Source of the DNA: an uncultured Methanosarcinales archaeon
Lineage (GTDB): Archaea; Halobacteriota; Methanosarcinia; Methanotrichales; Methanotrichaceae
Direction of reading: 5' to 3'
Length of the DNA: 64,000 bases
Assembly: GCA_963843555.1 (NCBI GenBank)
Contig: CAWJKV010000002.1
Coordinates: forward strand, 224,001 to 288,000
Both the position numbers and the translations under genes were made by a program. Of the stretch, positions 22,961-34,069 are shown piece after piece. Under the pieces are notes generated by a model. That model was not told the origin of the DNA. It searched no databases and was given only the letters and a program-made list of their open reading frames with translations. Each line of letters begins with the position of its first letter. Position 1 is the first letter of the stretch.

Positions 22961-23103
22961 CCTGTTACATATGAGTGGCGAGAATATTTAAAATCACCTA
23001 TCTGGTGGACGCCAAAATCTAAGCCACCAATTTATATCGAATGTCTCTGGCAAGTGCTTCAATTCGTGTCTATGTGCAACTTGACCTCGGACAATTGCAT
23101 TTT

Positions 23104-23830
23104 AATACATAGGGAGTGCGGAGGGTCACGAATTCCCCATCCTTTAGGGTGGGGATGAAGTGAACCCTCGCCCATTCTTTGTGCTCACCAAAATTGATTA
23201 AACATCACTTCTTTTAGGATGAGTTTATACTTGGCACCTTAGCCACAGGTGGTGCCACCCACCTAGGGCTAGGATGTGATAAGCTTGGAATTGCGCAGCT
23301 TCAGCCATGGCTATGGTCAAATCACCTACCACATCGTGTTGGTGCCCAAGTATCGATACAAAATATTCTATGATAGGCGAGTTAAAAAGGATTGCGAGTT
23401 GATCCTCAAAGATATTTGCATGGAGCAAGGATATAAAATTCATGCTATAGAAATTGTGGCGGATCATATTCACTTGTTCTTGGAATTCCACCCAAGCACT
23501 TCCCTATCAAGAGTCGTTCAATATTTGAAAGGAGGCAGCTCGAATAGGTTGTTCAAGCTTCATCCTGAATTGAAGAAACGCTATTGGGGTGGAAGCCTAT
23601 GGTCAAGTGGCAAGTTCTTTCGATCTGTAGGAAATGTGACTGCGGATACAATCAAGCACTATATTGAGGAATCTCAGGGGCAACCGAAAGCAGAGATTCA
23701 GTCATGCGGATCTGGGGGATCTGGGCAGCGAAGACTCGACGATTTCTGGATTCCATAAAACCGGGCGTGAGGGCGTGCGGCCCGAAGCATACCCCATCCT
23801 TTAGGGTGGGGTGGCCGCACGCAGTTTGAT
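23104..23830 (+). mobile_element. IS200-type element (tnpA only); ends approximate
   Basis: Identical hairpins CCCCATCCTTTAGGGTGGGG at 23135-23154 and 23792-23811, each nested in an outer stem, flanking tnpA. Confidence 0.88.
23276..23758 (+). CDS. tnpA: IS200/IS605 Y1 transposase
   Basis: YHIVLVPKYR, HUH motif DHIH, LKGGSS, LWSSG, catalytic Tyr in IKHYIE. Confidence 0.95.
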   Translation: MISLELRSFSHGYGQITYHIVLVPKYRYKIFYDRRVKKDCELILKDICMEQGYKIHAIEIVADHIHLFLEFHPSTSLSRVVQYLKGGSSNRLFKLHPELKKRYWGGSLWSSGKFFRSVGNVTADTIKHYIEESQGQPKAEIQSCGSGGSGQRRLDDFWIP

Positions 23831-23849
23831 TTTTGCAGCTGGCTACATC

Positions 23850-23919
23850 GGGGCACTGCGCGCGGGTGTTACGCGCGGGGGGAGGGGCGCCCTCAACGCC
23901 GGGCAGGCTTGGATACTTT
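23850..23919. repeat. GC-rich dispersed repeat, copy R2 (left part at 23089-23103, separated by IS200)
   Basis: Near-identical to R1 (GCGCGCGGGTGTT...core) and shares core+ATACTTT with R3. Confidence 0.9.
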
Positions 23920-24009
23920 GGTGGCATCCTCTAGCGCTGGGTCTCGGATGTTGTAGCGGCATAGACGAACATCCAGAAAGTCAGGAATCCAGAAAGTAAG
24001 GAGGCCATA

Positions 24010-24423
24010 TCAAATTCCAAGCAGGGGAAGAATATCTTTCGTGGTTAAGACCCTGGCGGCATTTTGTCTTTTGAAATGAGCGTCATTGCTCCAGATAGGT
24101 GCATCGAGGAGCATGGCCAATGCCAAGAATGGCGAATCGGCGATGTCAATATCCATCATTATGCCTGTGGCCCTATCCCGAAAGGGCTCAATATCCTGTA
24201 AAGGAACCAGGCTCATTCTGCCGAAGATCAATTGAATCAAGTATCCAAATTGTTCGTCAGTGAGCTTCGATTTATAGATCAATTCTGCGTTATGCTTCAG
24301 GATCTCCTCTTGAGCAAAAGCAAGAGTATACATATCGAACGGGGATAAAAGAATAATCTTCCTCGTGAGACCATCTCTTAGCAGCGCGGAGATCATTATA
24401 TTTGTATCCACTACGATCTCCAT
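24010..24423 (-). CDS. PIN-domain toxin
   Basis: IVVDTNIMISAL, DSPFLALA, IWSND. Confidence 0.88.
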   Translation of the reverse strand: MEIVVDTNIMISALLRDGLTRKIILLSPFDMYTLAFAQEEILKHNAELIYKSKLTDEQFGYLIQLIFGRMSLVPLQDIEPFRDRATGIMMDIDIADSPFLALAMLLDAPIWSNDAHFKRQNAARVLTTKDILPLLGI

Positions 24424-24653
24424 CGCAACTTCTCCACAATTCCTCTCTTTATCTTATGATCGATCTCGTCAACGTCCTCTTCGTTCAGCTCACTCTCCTT
24501 GAGGAGATCATCGCAGATCATGGAGATGAATACGTCATTTTTTACATCTGTTGATATCTGATGTTCTATCCTTCTTTTCACCAGAACATCAAGTTCTTTG
24601 CTCGCTTTGATTTTGAGCTCCAATTCTTTTGGAATATCGACTTCGATGGACAT
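24411..24653 (-). CDS. Putative antitoxin
   Basis: Small acidic ORF (MSIEVDIPKELE...) overlapping the PIN gene start. Confidence 0.65.
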   Translation of the reverse strand: MSIEVDIPKELELKIKASKELDVLVKRRIEHQISTDVKNDVFISMICDDLLKESELNEEDVDEIDHKIKRGIVEKLRWRS

Positions 24654-24978
24654 CTTTGAACCCATAAGAGAATTGTCCGACTTGAATTTAAATCTGCCTG
24701 CTTGGCTCCTGATCTTCCCAGACATCTTCATCGCTGGCGCCGTTCGCCAATGAATCCAATAGCGTGCAAGCTAGCCCATCGGTCGCTTCCGATGCCCCGG
24801 GCAGCGCTCGTGGCCGCTGCATCTGGGCAGGGCTGTTCCGGAACTGCAAACACTATTGTTTGGTCGGCAGCCGCTTCTGAAACCTGCCACCAGATCCGGG
24901 GGGACGCTTGGAAAGATCTGATATAGCGGAAGACCGGCCAGTGATTGATCAGTCTCTCGTTGATCAGCTTCCGTGCTT

Positions 24979-25062
24979 TTCCGGGGTGCCGCGAGTCGGC
25001 CCTGCGGGCCTCCTGCGCTATTGTAAGGGCGCCCTCAACGCCGGGCAGGCTTGGATACTTTT
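24979..25062. repeat. GC-rich dispersed repeat, copy R3
   Basis: GGCCC-TGC-GGGCC hairpin arm followed by the 28-bp core. Confidence 0.9.
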
Positions 25063-25120
25063 GGGCCGAAAGCGATCCAATCTAATGCTTAACTCAAGGC
25101 ATTTTTTATCTGATTAGGAT

Positions 25121-25283
25121 TCAAGGTTCAAAAAAGCAAGTTCTGGGCTTCGCCAGCTCCCTTATCCTCCAGGAATCAGCTTCAAGCTTGTCTAATAATG
25201 GGCTATCTTTGAGTGCGCCAAAATATTCAGATAGGTCCACCTTGTCTTCCTTTTTGGAACTCTCTATTTTCATATTCATATCA
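25121..25283 (-). pseudogene. Orphan VapB-like antitoxin fragment
   Basis: DLSEYFGALKDSPLLDKLE..S.RIRE resembles archaeal antitoxin C-termini; no toxin follows. Confidence 0.45.
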
Positions 25284-25378
25284 TGGCTCACCTCCAAGGA
25301 GCAATGCAGCAATAACGCAAGACCAAGCACGTGGTCGCTGTGCCTTCCGGCTTCACTCACCGTCATATTTTCAAAGCT

Positions 25379-26165
25379 TCATATTGTTATCGTGCCCTCC
25401 ATATAGAGAGCCGCCTGGCCGGATATCTTCACGCGCTCGCCCGCATGGGTGCAGAACAGCTCGCCGCCCCGTTTCGAGACCTGGAAAGCATGCAGATCAT
25501 TCTTGCCCAGCTTTCCCGCCCAGTAGGGAGCCAGAACAGAGTGGCTGGAGCCCGTAACCGGGTCCTCCGGTATGCCCAGTCGGGGCGCGAAGAAGCGTGA
25601 TACGAAGTCGCACCGCTCCCCGCGGGCTGTAATGATGACGCCTCGACACTCTATCCTGGCCAGAGCGAGGAAATCGGGCTGCACCTCTCGCACCGCCTTC
25701 TGGCTATCCAGCACAACCAGCAGATCCTCTGCGCTGCCGAGCGTCTCTTGAGGTGTGACTCCCAAGGCCTCCATGAGCCCGGCGGGAGGGCTTATGATGT
25801 GGGCTGCAATTGCCGGAAAGTCCATTTCGAGGAGATCACCTCGCCTGGTCACCACCAGCTCTCCGCTCCGGCGTGTCTGAAATCGGATGCATTCCCCGGG
25901 CCAATTTCGGCAATTGAAGAGGACAAAAGCGCTCGCCAGTGTTGCATGGCCGCAAAGCGCAACCTCTGTGGCCGGAGTGAACCATCTGAGATCAAAGCCT
26001 TCGGCGTTGGGGACCAGGAACGCCGTATCAGAGAGGTTGTTCTCGACAGCTATGGCCTGAAGGATCGGGTCGTCGAGCCAGCGATCTAGGAGGCATACTG
26101 CAGCAGGGTTGCCGGAAAAGACTTCGGAGGTGAAGGCATCGACCTGGTATATGCGGTATTCTCAT
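25379..26165 (-). CDS. PhzF family isomerase (frameshift near start)
   Basis: YQVDAF..GNPAAV, RWFTP..EVALCGHATLA, SRFFAP..G.PEDPVTGS. Confidence 0.9.
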
Positions 26166-26311
26166 TGGATCACGCTTCTTTTACGGGCTGGATGGTGTTG
26201 CCCCAGGGTCGCTCAGGACTATCAGGTTCTCGACGGCGATTCCTATATGCTCGATCCCATACTTTTTCATGGCAATATTATCTTAGCGCACTGAGCTTGT
26301 TCTTCCTTTTC

Positions 26312-26750
26312 TCATCTATCTCGCTGGCGTATTCTTGGTTGCACAGACCACAGCGTGAATGTTCCTGGGAAGCCTTTCATAGCTACGCCATCGTGCCGCT
26401 GCCATCCTAACTGTTTGTGCTGCACGGCACCGAGCCGATCGATGTCTTCTTTGGCCCGATCGCTGAGCCAGATTTCTGCGTCTTTAAGGCGCCGACCACG
26501 CGGGCGGCGAAGTTCACGGTGCCACCAAACACATCGCTTTCCTCCACATGCATCGGCCCGATATGAATGCCGGCACGGATTTGTATCTGCGGATGGCCCG
26601 TGTTTCTCTGAAATGCCCTCGCATAGTCCAGCGCTGCGTCTGCGGACTTGAACGCTGCCATGAAGCTGTCGCCAACGGTTTTGATTTCTCGGCCATTGAA
26701 CTGGGCGATCAGCTTGCGGCTTTGGGCAAAGTGCGCTCGTCGAACTTTCC
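26312..26750 (-). pseudogene. 5'-truncated class III adenylate cyclase domain (frameshifted)
   Basis: IKTVGDSFM, RAGIHIG, DVFGGTVNFAARV, MKGF; first metal-binding Asp strand and start codon absent. Confidence 0.8.
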
Positions 26751-26810
26751 TTAGGATGTTTTCTGAGCCAGTTATGACATTAAAATGCCGACTTGCATTT
26801 GGGCCTAGCT

Positions 26811-29800
26811 CTAAATGATCCGATTATCGCTAAGACGCTCCAAGAGTTCGGAGAGCGCTTTGCCCTCGGGTGTGGTCCATTTCTTATCCAACCAATGAGC
26901 ACGTTGAAACAGCTCCATATCGCTAAGGCGCATACAAATACCATGCGATCACCAAGACAGCGATTTTCTCTGTTTCGTCTTTTAGCTGGTCAAATGCTTC
27001 AAGTATACCATGAAGCTCTTCACGCGGAACGGAGGCACAATTCCACCCAACATCTCGAGATACTACTGGTTGGCTGGCAATGGCCCAATAAGTTATCCTC
27101 TGCACGGTCGCATTGGTACTTTGCCGCCAAAGCATATACAGTCTACTCAACACGTCAAGCTCTGGTGGTGGCAGCCAAACACGGCAAGCTCCGAGCCAGA
27201 CAAGCGCCCAGGTTGCAGCAAATTGCTCCGCTTTGTGCTCACTGTTCAGAGTTTTCACAAACGCATCACCAGCGAGGCGAAGAGATCCACTGCAGGCCCT
27301 AATGCCATCTGGATAATCATTTAGCCGATAACAAAGATACATAATACCGAGGCAGCCTTCGCACTTAGTGATCCTCTCCGGTGATTCTAGCATCTTAACA
27401 AGATGCTCGGCTGCTTTAGCCCATCCGGCATCATCTTCGGTTTCGATCAACTGCCAATAGACAACCATAGCCATAGGGTCCCCAGCATCTAACGGATCAG
27501 TAGCCCCAGGTGCAAGGAATGACTTGCGGGACTCCTCACGTAATTCTTTGCCATATCTGCCCCTAGCTAACATCGTGCCGAAATCGGCAACATCGAACGA
27601 CCCTGATCGGACAAGTTCTCGAATAGCCGCCCGAATAGTTTCTGGTCGCGCGGCCGCTTCGTCAGCCAAGCAATTGCCAAGGGCCTGAGACAGAGTATAT
27701 TTTTCATTCAAATTTTCGCGCGTGACCGATCCTGTCTTCTCCGTGAGTCGCTTAATCAGCATCTCAGTCGCTTTTCCACCCAACACCGCGGCGAGCGGTA
27801 TGACCTCGTGCCACGCCTCCTTTTCGAAATGTGGTTCAAGCACATCGGCCAACGTATCCGTGTCTTTCGCATCGCGATGCCAGCCCTTAACCATTGCTTG
27901 CGCGGTGAGGAACTCCTGGAATGTGAGGTGTCGAAACTCAAAGAACTCAACAAGTCGGCCGTCCTCCACATCGTGCCCAGCCATTTGGAGCAAGCTGCTG
28001 CGGTCTTCAACCCGATGGACGAACTGATCCACCGTGTCGCTAACGTAACCAAGTTCGGTGGGCATCGCATCACGGGCCTCCTGGAGAAGTGCAGTCAGCT
28101 TGGGGCGACTGATTTTCTGCACGCCGTCGAGCATCGTCGTGGAGGCCACGTAACAGAGTTGTGGCAGGGCTTCTTCCTTCGGAATCGGTTCGTAGCCTTC
28201 GGTGTTCCACGTCATGAGCAGTACTCTCGACCGCCTCGCCGTGGAGCCACAGCCCCGGCGCGTGGGTAGTGAGCCAACCCATCGCTTGACCAATAGTAGA
28301 GTGGTGAAGAAGCAGCGGGTTAACAGCGAGACCCTTGATACGGTCGTTCTTAAGGATCGCATCTGCGAGCTTTTCGGCTTCGATGCGAACTTTCTCCGTA
28401 TCGTCTACCACTTCCCGGTGCCAAGCTACACAAAGGCGTAGGATATCGTTTGAGTCAAATTCTGAAATAGTTGCGTGAGTGCAAATAGGCGCCAAATGCG
28501 CTGCTATATGTCTGAAAACCGGCTTCGCGAGACGTGATAACCGTGGCGATGCCCGGGTATGCTTGTAGCGCAGCGCGCAATGTGCATACGAATGCGGCAC
28601 GGTCGCCAGGGATCGGAGTATCTCATCCAAACCGTCTATAAGTAGTAAGACACGACCAGCGAGTAACTCATGATCCACATAGTTGCGGAAAACTGCAGCA
28701 TTCTGGCGGACTGGCTCACGCTGAGATATTGCTTCAAGCAATTGTGCAAAAGAGCCGCGGGCTAGGTCTCGCAATTCACGGCAGCGGAAGAAGAGTGGCA
28801 ACCAAACTTTTTGAGGGAGGCTGTCATCTATCTGCTCTCGCCTTGCCGGATCGGCATAGGCGATCGCAAGCCGCTTAACGAGCGTGGATTTGCCGCCACC
28901 TGGTGCGGCAAGCAGCGCAAGTCGTGGATGCTCTGCAAGTACTGCACCCATATCTTGACGCTGTGTCATTTTCTGTTGACCTCCTGTTTTGACCGTGACG
29001 TCTAAGTGAAGAGGCACAAAGAGATTCTCAAGTCTGAGTCGGCGTGAACCAACATCGCTATCTGCAGGGAGTCCGTCTAATTGGATGAAGCCACATTCGC
29101 TATCGAGGTATTTGCAATAAGCGGCAAGGGCTTCGGCGACACGAGCTTCTGTGTCTAGACCAGATGGCGGTTCGGGATTTAGGCAGATGAGTCTATCGAG
29201 TCCGCCTCTGCATTCTCGGTCAGCAGCAATGACTTCTTCAGCAAGCGCACGGGCGAGTGGGGTTCCGTCTGAGTGAATCAAGGCAAAGTGGGTGCGTGCT
29301 TTGCCCTGTGGTATAGTAGATGGCCCAAATCCATCCTCGTTCGTGAGCCAAGAGCTCGGCCTGAGGATCAAGATTGAGAGCCTAGAGGGATGCACTGCAT
29401 CGGCCAGCGAGTTCAGTCGCGTGGTCTTTCGGTATGAGAATACGACCATCCACCAATTCTCTGACAACCTGTGATCCATAAGGGTACTATCTTCGTCTGC
29501 CGCTGCTTCTCCTGTTCGATGGCTGTTTCTTTGAAGCCACCTAGCGAGATGAAATAGCCCGTGACAGGATGCTTGCCTTCTTGTTCCGCATCAAGAGCGC
29601 CTACGAACTTATTCAAGTCATCACCGCCGATTGGCTCTGAAGTGGCCTTGCACTCTCCAATGGCGCGGCGAGGTTCGAGGCGGTGGTCCGCTGAGAGGTC
29701 GAGTTCGCGCCCGGACTTGTGAATGTTAAGGCGGGGCAGATCGTAACCGAGTGCAACAAAGAGGTCAGCCATCAGTCGCCCGAAGAGATCACCGCGACGA

Positions 29801-29844
29801 TTGGAGTCCTTTTCAAGAATACGGATCGAGATTGAATCTTGCAT
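26811..29844 (-). CDS. Mrr-like restriction endonuclease-NACHT NTPase-helical repeat protein (several frameshifts)
   Basis: ELDL...IGECKA nuclease motif; Walker A APGGGKST; Walker B LLIDGLDE; NPLLL; FRHLTFQEFL. Confidence 0.85.
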
Positions 29845-30229
29845 AGGGTCGCTACCTTAATGTATATAATTACTATTGCTCGTTAGAGCTCACTAACAGT
29901 TCTCTTGTGCTTCGGGCTATTGACATTAAATCGTCCAGCTAACGCCTCACCATTCGACTTCTGCCATCTCGATTTGGGCTGTCGAGTAGTCTAACACCTT
30001 GCGAGCATTATAGAGATAATCGCCGTTCCTTGCTGGATACTGTTCAGGACACGTAATAGGATCAAACTACAGTCTTGCCAAGCAAAGCCTTCCCCCTACC
30101 GCATTCCTCGTGATTTCCAACCTGTGCACGGCCGCTCCCGTCGGCATCCCTCATGCCGGATCATCCAGTCCCGTGCGACTGTGACCCCAAATGAAAGTTC
30201 CTGCGCTTGTGGCTTTCATTCCAATTCAA

Positions 30230-31307
30230 GACAGCGAAACAGGCATCCCCAGAAATCCGCCATACCGCTCTACAGCCACAGATCAGAGCATCCTTCTCAT
30301 CATCATCGAGCGGTCTGAATAGCCTTGTCCTGATAACAACCCCATCATTCTTTCTCTCTTTTCTCCAGCCGCCGACAGCTATGCCATTGATGATAATCGT
30401 ATAATTGAAAGCGATGTTTCCCCTCGGAGCCAGCTTCCCGGAATATGCTGCCGGGAACATGGCACTGCGATCCTTATAGCCGATCATATATTCGTCAAAA
30501 TTGGGCAGCAAACAGGCGATCGGCGACCCATCTTCCCCATCAGGAACAGACAGACGGCGAGAACCAGTAGTTCTTGCCATCAACTACCTCCTGCATTAGC
30601 TCCGCCTTGACCATCTCCAGACCCGCCTTCGCGTCCGCTGCCGCAAGCCCCGTCCACCAGATGAAATCCTGCAGCGTTGCCGGACCGTGGCCGGTGAAGT
30701 AGCGCCTGGCAATTTCCGCCAGCGCTTCATCCCGCTCCAGCCTCTTGCTATCGGCTACCCACTCATCAAACAGCACAAATGTCTGCTGCTTGCCTTCCCG
30801 GGCGCCAAGGCAAATGACTCCTTTTTGAGCCAGGTGTCCGAGAATATGATAACTGCGCTGACCTTCCGGGGAGATGCCGCCTTTGGCAAGCACATCGTAC
30901 AGTGCCTCACGCGTCAGCTGCCTGCCGCCCTCAAGCGCCTGGGAGATCAGCTTTTCACTTCGTTCAAATATCTCATCGTTCAGGCCCAGTTCTTTGTAGC
31001 GCCTCGCACTCCGTCTGATAACGCGCGGGGTCAGTAACTCCAGCATCCATCTGGCATCCCGTGCCGGGACAAAATGCAGGGTGCCTCGCATCGGCCAGGT
31101 GCGGATGATCTTTCGCTCGTTCAGTGCCTTTTCGATATCGACGAGCGTCGAGCCGGGCAGGCGAAGCCCGATGCCCCACAGGCCGCCGGAATAGTCCTGC
31201 GACTGCACAGCACCCAGGCACTCGACTATCTCCTCAGGCTTACGAAACTTGGTGCCGGCAATCTGCTGGTTGTAGAGCCGATAGCGAATGATGTCAGAAC
31301 TCTTCAT
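30230..31307 (-). CDS. AlkZ-like (HTH_42) DNA glycosylase (frameshifted; 3' end approximate)
   Basis: AVQSQD (QxQ), TWPMRGTLH, GHGPATLQDF..W.G, LLPNFDEY..GYKDRS. Confidence 0.88.
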
Positions 31308-31407
31308 CGTCTTCTCTCATGTCCATCCACTATCTGGCCACTTCCATACATCCGTACCATACTCATAGCCGCAAGTTATATTTCTTTATCTGCAATTTAT
31401 GCTTACT

Positions 31408-31641
31408 ATGAGGACTCTTAGTTATCGAATCACTCTTAGAAAAGAACCAGAAGGAGGTTATACCGTGCTCGTTCCGTCACTTCCCGGATGTGTCACTTAC
31501 GGAAAGACTGTGGAAGAGGCCATAGAGATGGCCAGGGATGCAATCACGGGATATGTGGAGAGCCTCATTGAGGATGGCGAGGCGGTCCCCATAGAGGATG
31601 ACCTCATCGAGTGCAGAGTGACTGTGGAGGCTCATGCCTAA
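31408..31641 (+). CDS. hicB: HicB antitoxin
   Basis: GGYTVLVPSLPGCVTYGKTVEEAIEMARDAI. Confidence 0.92.
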   Translation: MRTLSYRITLRKEPEGGYTVLVPSLPGCVTYGKTVEEAIEMARDAITGYVESLIEDGEAVPIEDDLIECRVTVEAHA

Positions 31642-31858
31642 GCTGCCACCTCTTTCTCCTCAAAAAGTAATAGCCATACTGGAAAAGAAAGGCTTCGTAC
31701 TGAAGAAAGTCACAGGGAGCCATTATATCTTCACGCATGCTGATACTAAGAGGCGAGTGACAGTTCCTTTTCACAGCCAGGATGTGGCCAGAGGCACACT
31801 TCTTCAGATTCTAAAGGATGCCGGAATCAGTAGAGAAGAACTGCAGGATCTTCTCTAA
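31634..31858 (+). CDS. hicA: HicA toxin
   Basis: GF....GSH....H......TVPFH......GTL..IL. Confidence 0.92.
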   Translation: MPKLPPLSPQKVIAILEKKGFVLKKVTGSHYIFTHADTKRRVTVPFHSQDVARGTLLQILKDAGISREELQDLL

Positions 31859-31995
31859 TTTCCCGCGAATTTTTAGAACATCAATATTTTGATTCCGAGA
31901 TTTCTCTTCATGCCACTTTTACCCACCCCAGCTTCTCACGACTACGTCCTGACATTGGAACTCTCGATTAGTCTGCAGCTGAATCGCCGTCGCTT

Positions 31996-32071
31996 GGCCG
32001 GCCGCGGCCTTGAGCGGCGCCCCCAACCATAGCGCGGGAGGCCCGCAGGGCCGACTCGCGGAACCCCGGAA
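31996..32071 (-). repeat. GC-rich dispersed repeat, copy R4 (inverted relative to R3)
   Basis: Reverse complement TTCCGGGGTTCCGCGAGTCGGCCCTGCGGGCCTCCCGCGCTAT...GGGCGCCGCTCAAGGCCG closely matches R3. Confidence 0.85.
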
Positions 32072-32178
32072 GAAAGAGTGAACCCTGGCTTTGCCTGCAT
32101 CTTCTGCAGTCACGTCTGCAGTTCAATGACATCAGTATAGCTTTTAACGTCTTTGAGAAGGCCCCAGACAAGTCTTAT

Positions 32179-32313
32179 TTCCGTCACTTCCCAGATGTGT
32201 CACCTACGGAAAGACCATGGGGGAGGCCATAGAGATGGCTGGAGACGCAATCACAGGTTATGTGGAGAGCCTCATAGAGGATGACGAGGATGTCCCCGTA
32301 TAGGACGACCTCA
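32179..32313 (+). pseudogene. Internal fragment of a second hicB
   Basis: Diverged copy of 31472-31606 with no start codon. Confidence 0.85.
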
Positions 32314-32339
32314 GGACATTATAGGAATTATAGGTGGTC

Positions 32340-33887
32340 TTAAGATTCAGTAGTTTCACCAGGAGGCACTATCTTGTACACCTTGCCCGTATTTCCAGTC
32401 GGCCCGGCCTCAAGGCTCGCCATGATATACAGCTCATGATCCGAGTCTTCCCCAAAACCCCGAACAAAGCCCTCTGATCTTCTTCCCGGATCCTTGCACT
32501 ACGTTCATTTTGTGGACAGTCCACATCCCTACACCAGCCGGCCTCAAATCATCTGGAGATGAAGGCATCTTCCAGCTCCAATCCGATGGCGGTGAGGCCA
32601 CCAGGAGATTTCTGTCGCCGATCTCTGCATTGATCCAGGTCCAGTTCCCGAAGATGTAGCGCCCTTTAAAGTCAGCCAGGGAATTACCTCGATACACATG
32701 CCCACCGACGACCGTATCCCCTACGTCGTGGCCCACCTCAACTATCGGCCCTATCAGGGGTTCGCCTCTGTAGCTGTGGTCCTGCATTCATCAGGAGGCT
32801 GTCCGGGATTATTGGGATCGAAACAGTGGGTGCCCTCCCGGATGTTCCAGCCGTAGTTGCCGCCTCTGACTACCACATAGATCGACTCGAAGAGGTCCTG
32901 GCCTGCGTTCCCTACCAGGAGAAGGCCGCTCTCTGGATCAAAGGAGGCATAAGCCGGATTCCTGAGGCCCCAGGCATAGATCTCTGGGAGCGCATTGCCC
33001 TCTTCCAGAAAAGGATTATCCCCTGGGATGCCATACGGCCTGCCACCGGTACTATCTATGTCACTATCTACATCTATCCTGTGGATCTTGCCCAGATAAC
33101 TGGCGATATCCTGGCCGTTGCCGATGTCGGGGTTGTGCCCTCTGCCGCTATCATTCGCCCCGCCTCCATCGCCCATCGGCACATAGAGGTATCCATCGGG
33201 ACCAAAGCGTATCTGCCCTCCATTGTGATTCATGGAAGGCCAGTCCACCTCCATGATCACCCTCTCGGAATGAGGATCGACTTTATTTGGGTCTGAAGAG
33301 ACTCTTAACTCAGATAACCGATTGGTATGATCCCAACCTTGAGGCCCGCCTTTCCTCAGAGGAATGCTGTAATAGACGAAAAGCCGACCGTTATTCCTGT
33401 AGTCGGAGTGGAATGCCAATCCCAGCATCCCCCGTTCATCGTATTTCGGAGAGAGCTTGATGACCTTGCTCCTGATATCGAGGAAGGGCTCTGGTCTGAT
33501 ATCGAGGCTTGATTCTAAGATCTTCGTCACTCCAATCTGGTCGACTATGAAAAGCCTCCCGGTGCCGTCATCTGGAGAGACCGCCACCATTGGTCCCGTC
33601 AGACCGGAAGCCACCAACTTCAGGCTCACATCGGGCACGAAATCCACAGGGGGCTCTGCTATTCTGGTTTTGGATCTGCCTGCCACAAAGATGGCCGCCT
33701 GGGCCGAGCCGGCATTCGTCAAATCCTTCTCGGATGGGTTTGATCTATTTCTGCCAGTCTGCTTATTCTCCTTTCCACCCATATCACCTGAAAGAGATAG
33801 CAGCATCAACGATGCCAAAAATAGGACCGTCATAAATAGCTCATACAAAAGGCTCACCCTCCATTCTCCCATTCCAAGAGCCACCAA
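32340..33887 (-). CDS. PQQ-dependent glucose/sorbosone dehydrogenase family (frameshifted; start uncertain)
   Basis: ERGMLGLAFH, HNGG..FGPDGYLY..GDGG, GLRNP, GGNYGW, GG.VYRG, FGED. Confidence 0.88.
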
Positions 33888-34069
33888 AAATATCCTGCAC
33901 TATTCTTACATTCTCTTGCTCGTTCATTGCTGGTAACTCCTCTGATTCCAGTTCATGCCATTGTTCAGATTGTTAGTATACGCGAAGAAACTTTTTAACT
34001 ATTTCGCCAGGATGGTCCTAGTCTGCAGTTTATTGCAGAGGGGATTAGCCAGCTCTCGGTCTCGCCTTT

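Noticed and set aside
23157..23275. tnpB or omegaRNA within the IS200
   Set aside because: No room for, or trace of, tnpB between the terminal hairpins
22258..25062. CRISPR array interpretation of the 28-bp repeat
   Set aside because: Copies are more than 1 kb apart and separated by whole genes; no cas genes
22294..25062. Canonical integron attC sites
   Set aside because: Core order is GTT...AAC rather than RYYYAAC...GTTRRRY and no IntI is present; kept only as an analogy
26923..26925. Pyrrolysine readthrough at the TAG ending the NACHT ORF
   Set aside because: A plausible continuation lies in another frame, consistent with an indel
32179..32313. DGR template/variable repeat pair with hicB
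   Set aside because: Differences are not adenine-specific and there is no reverse transcriptase
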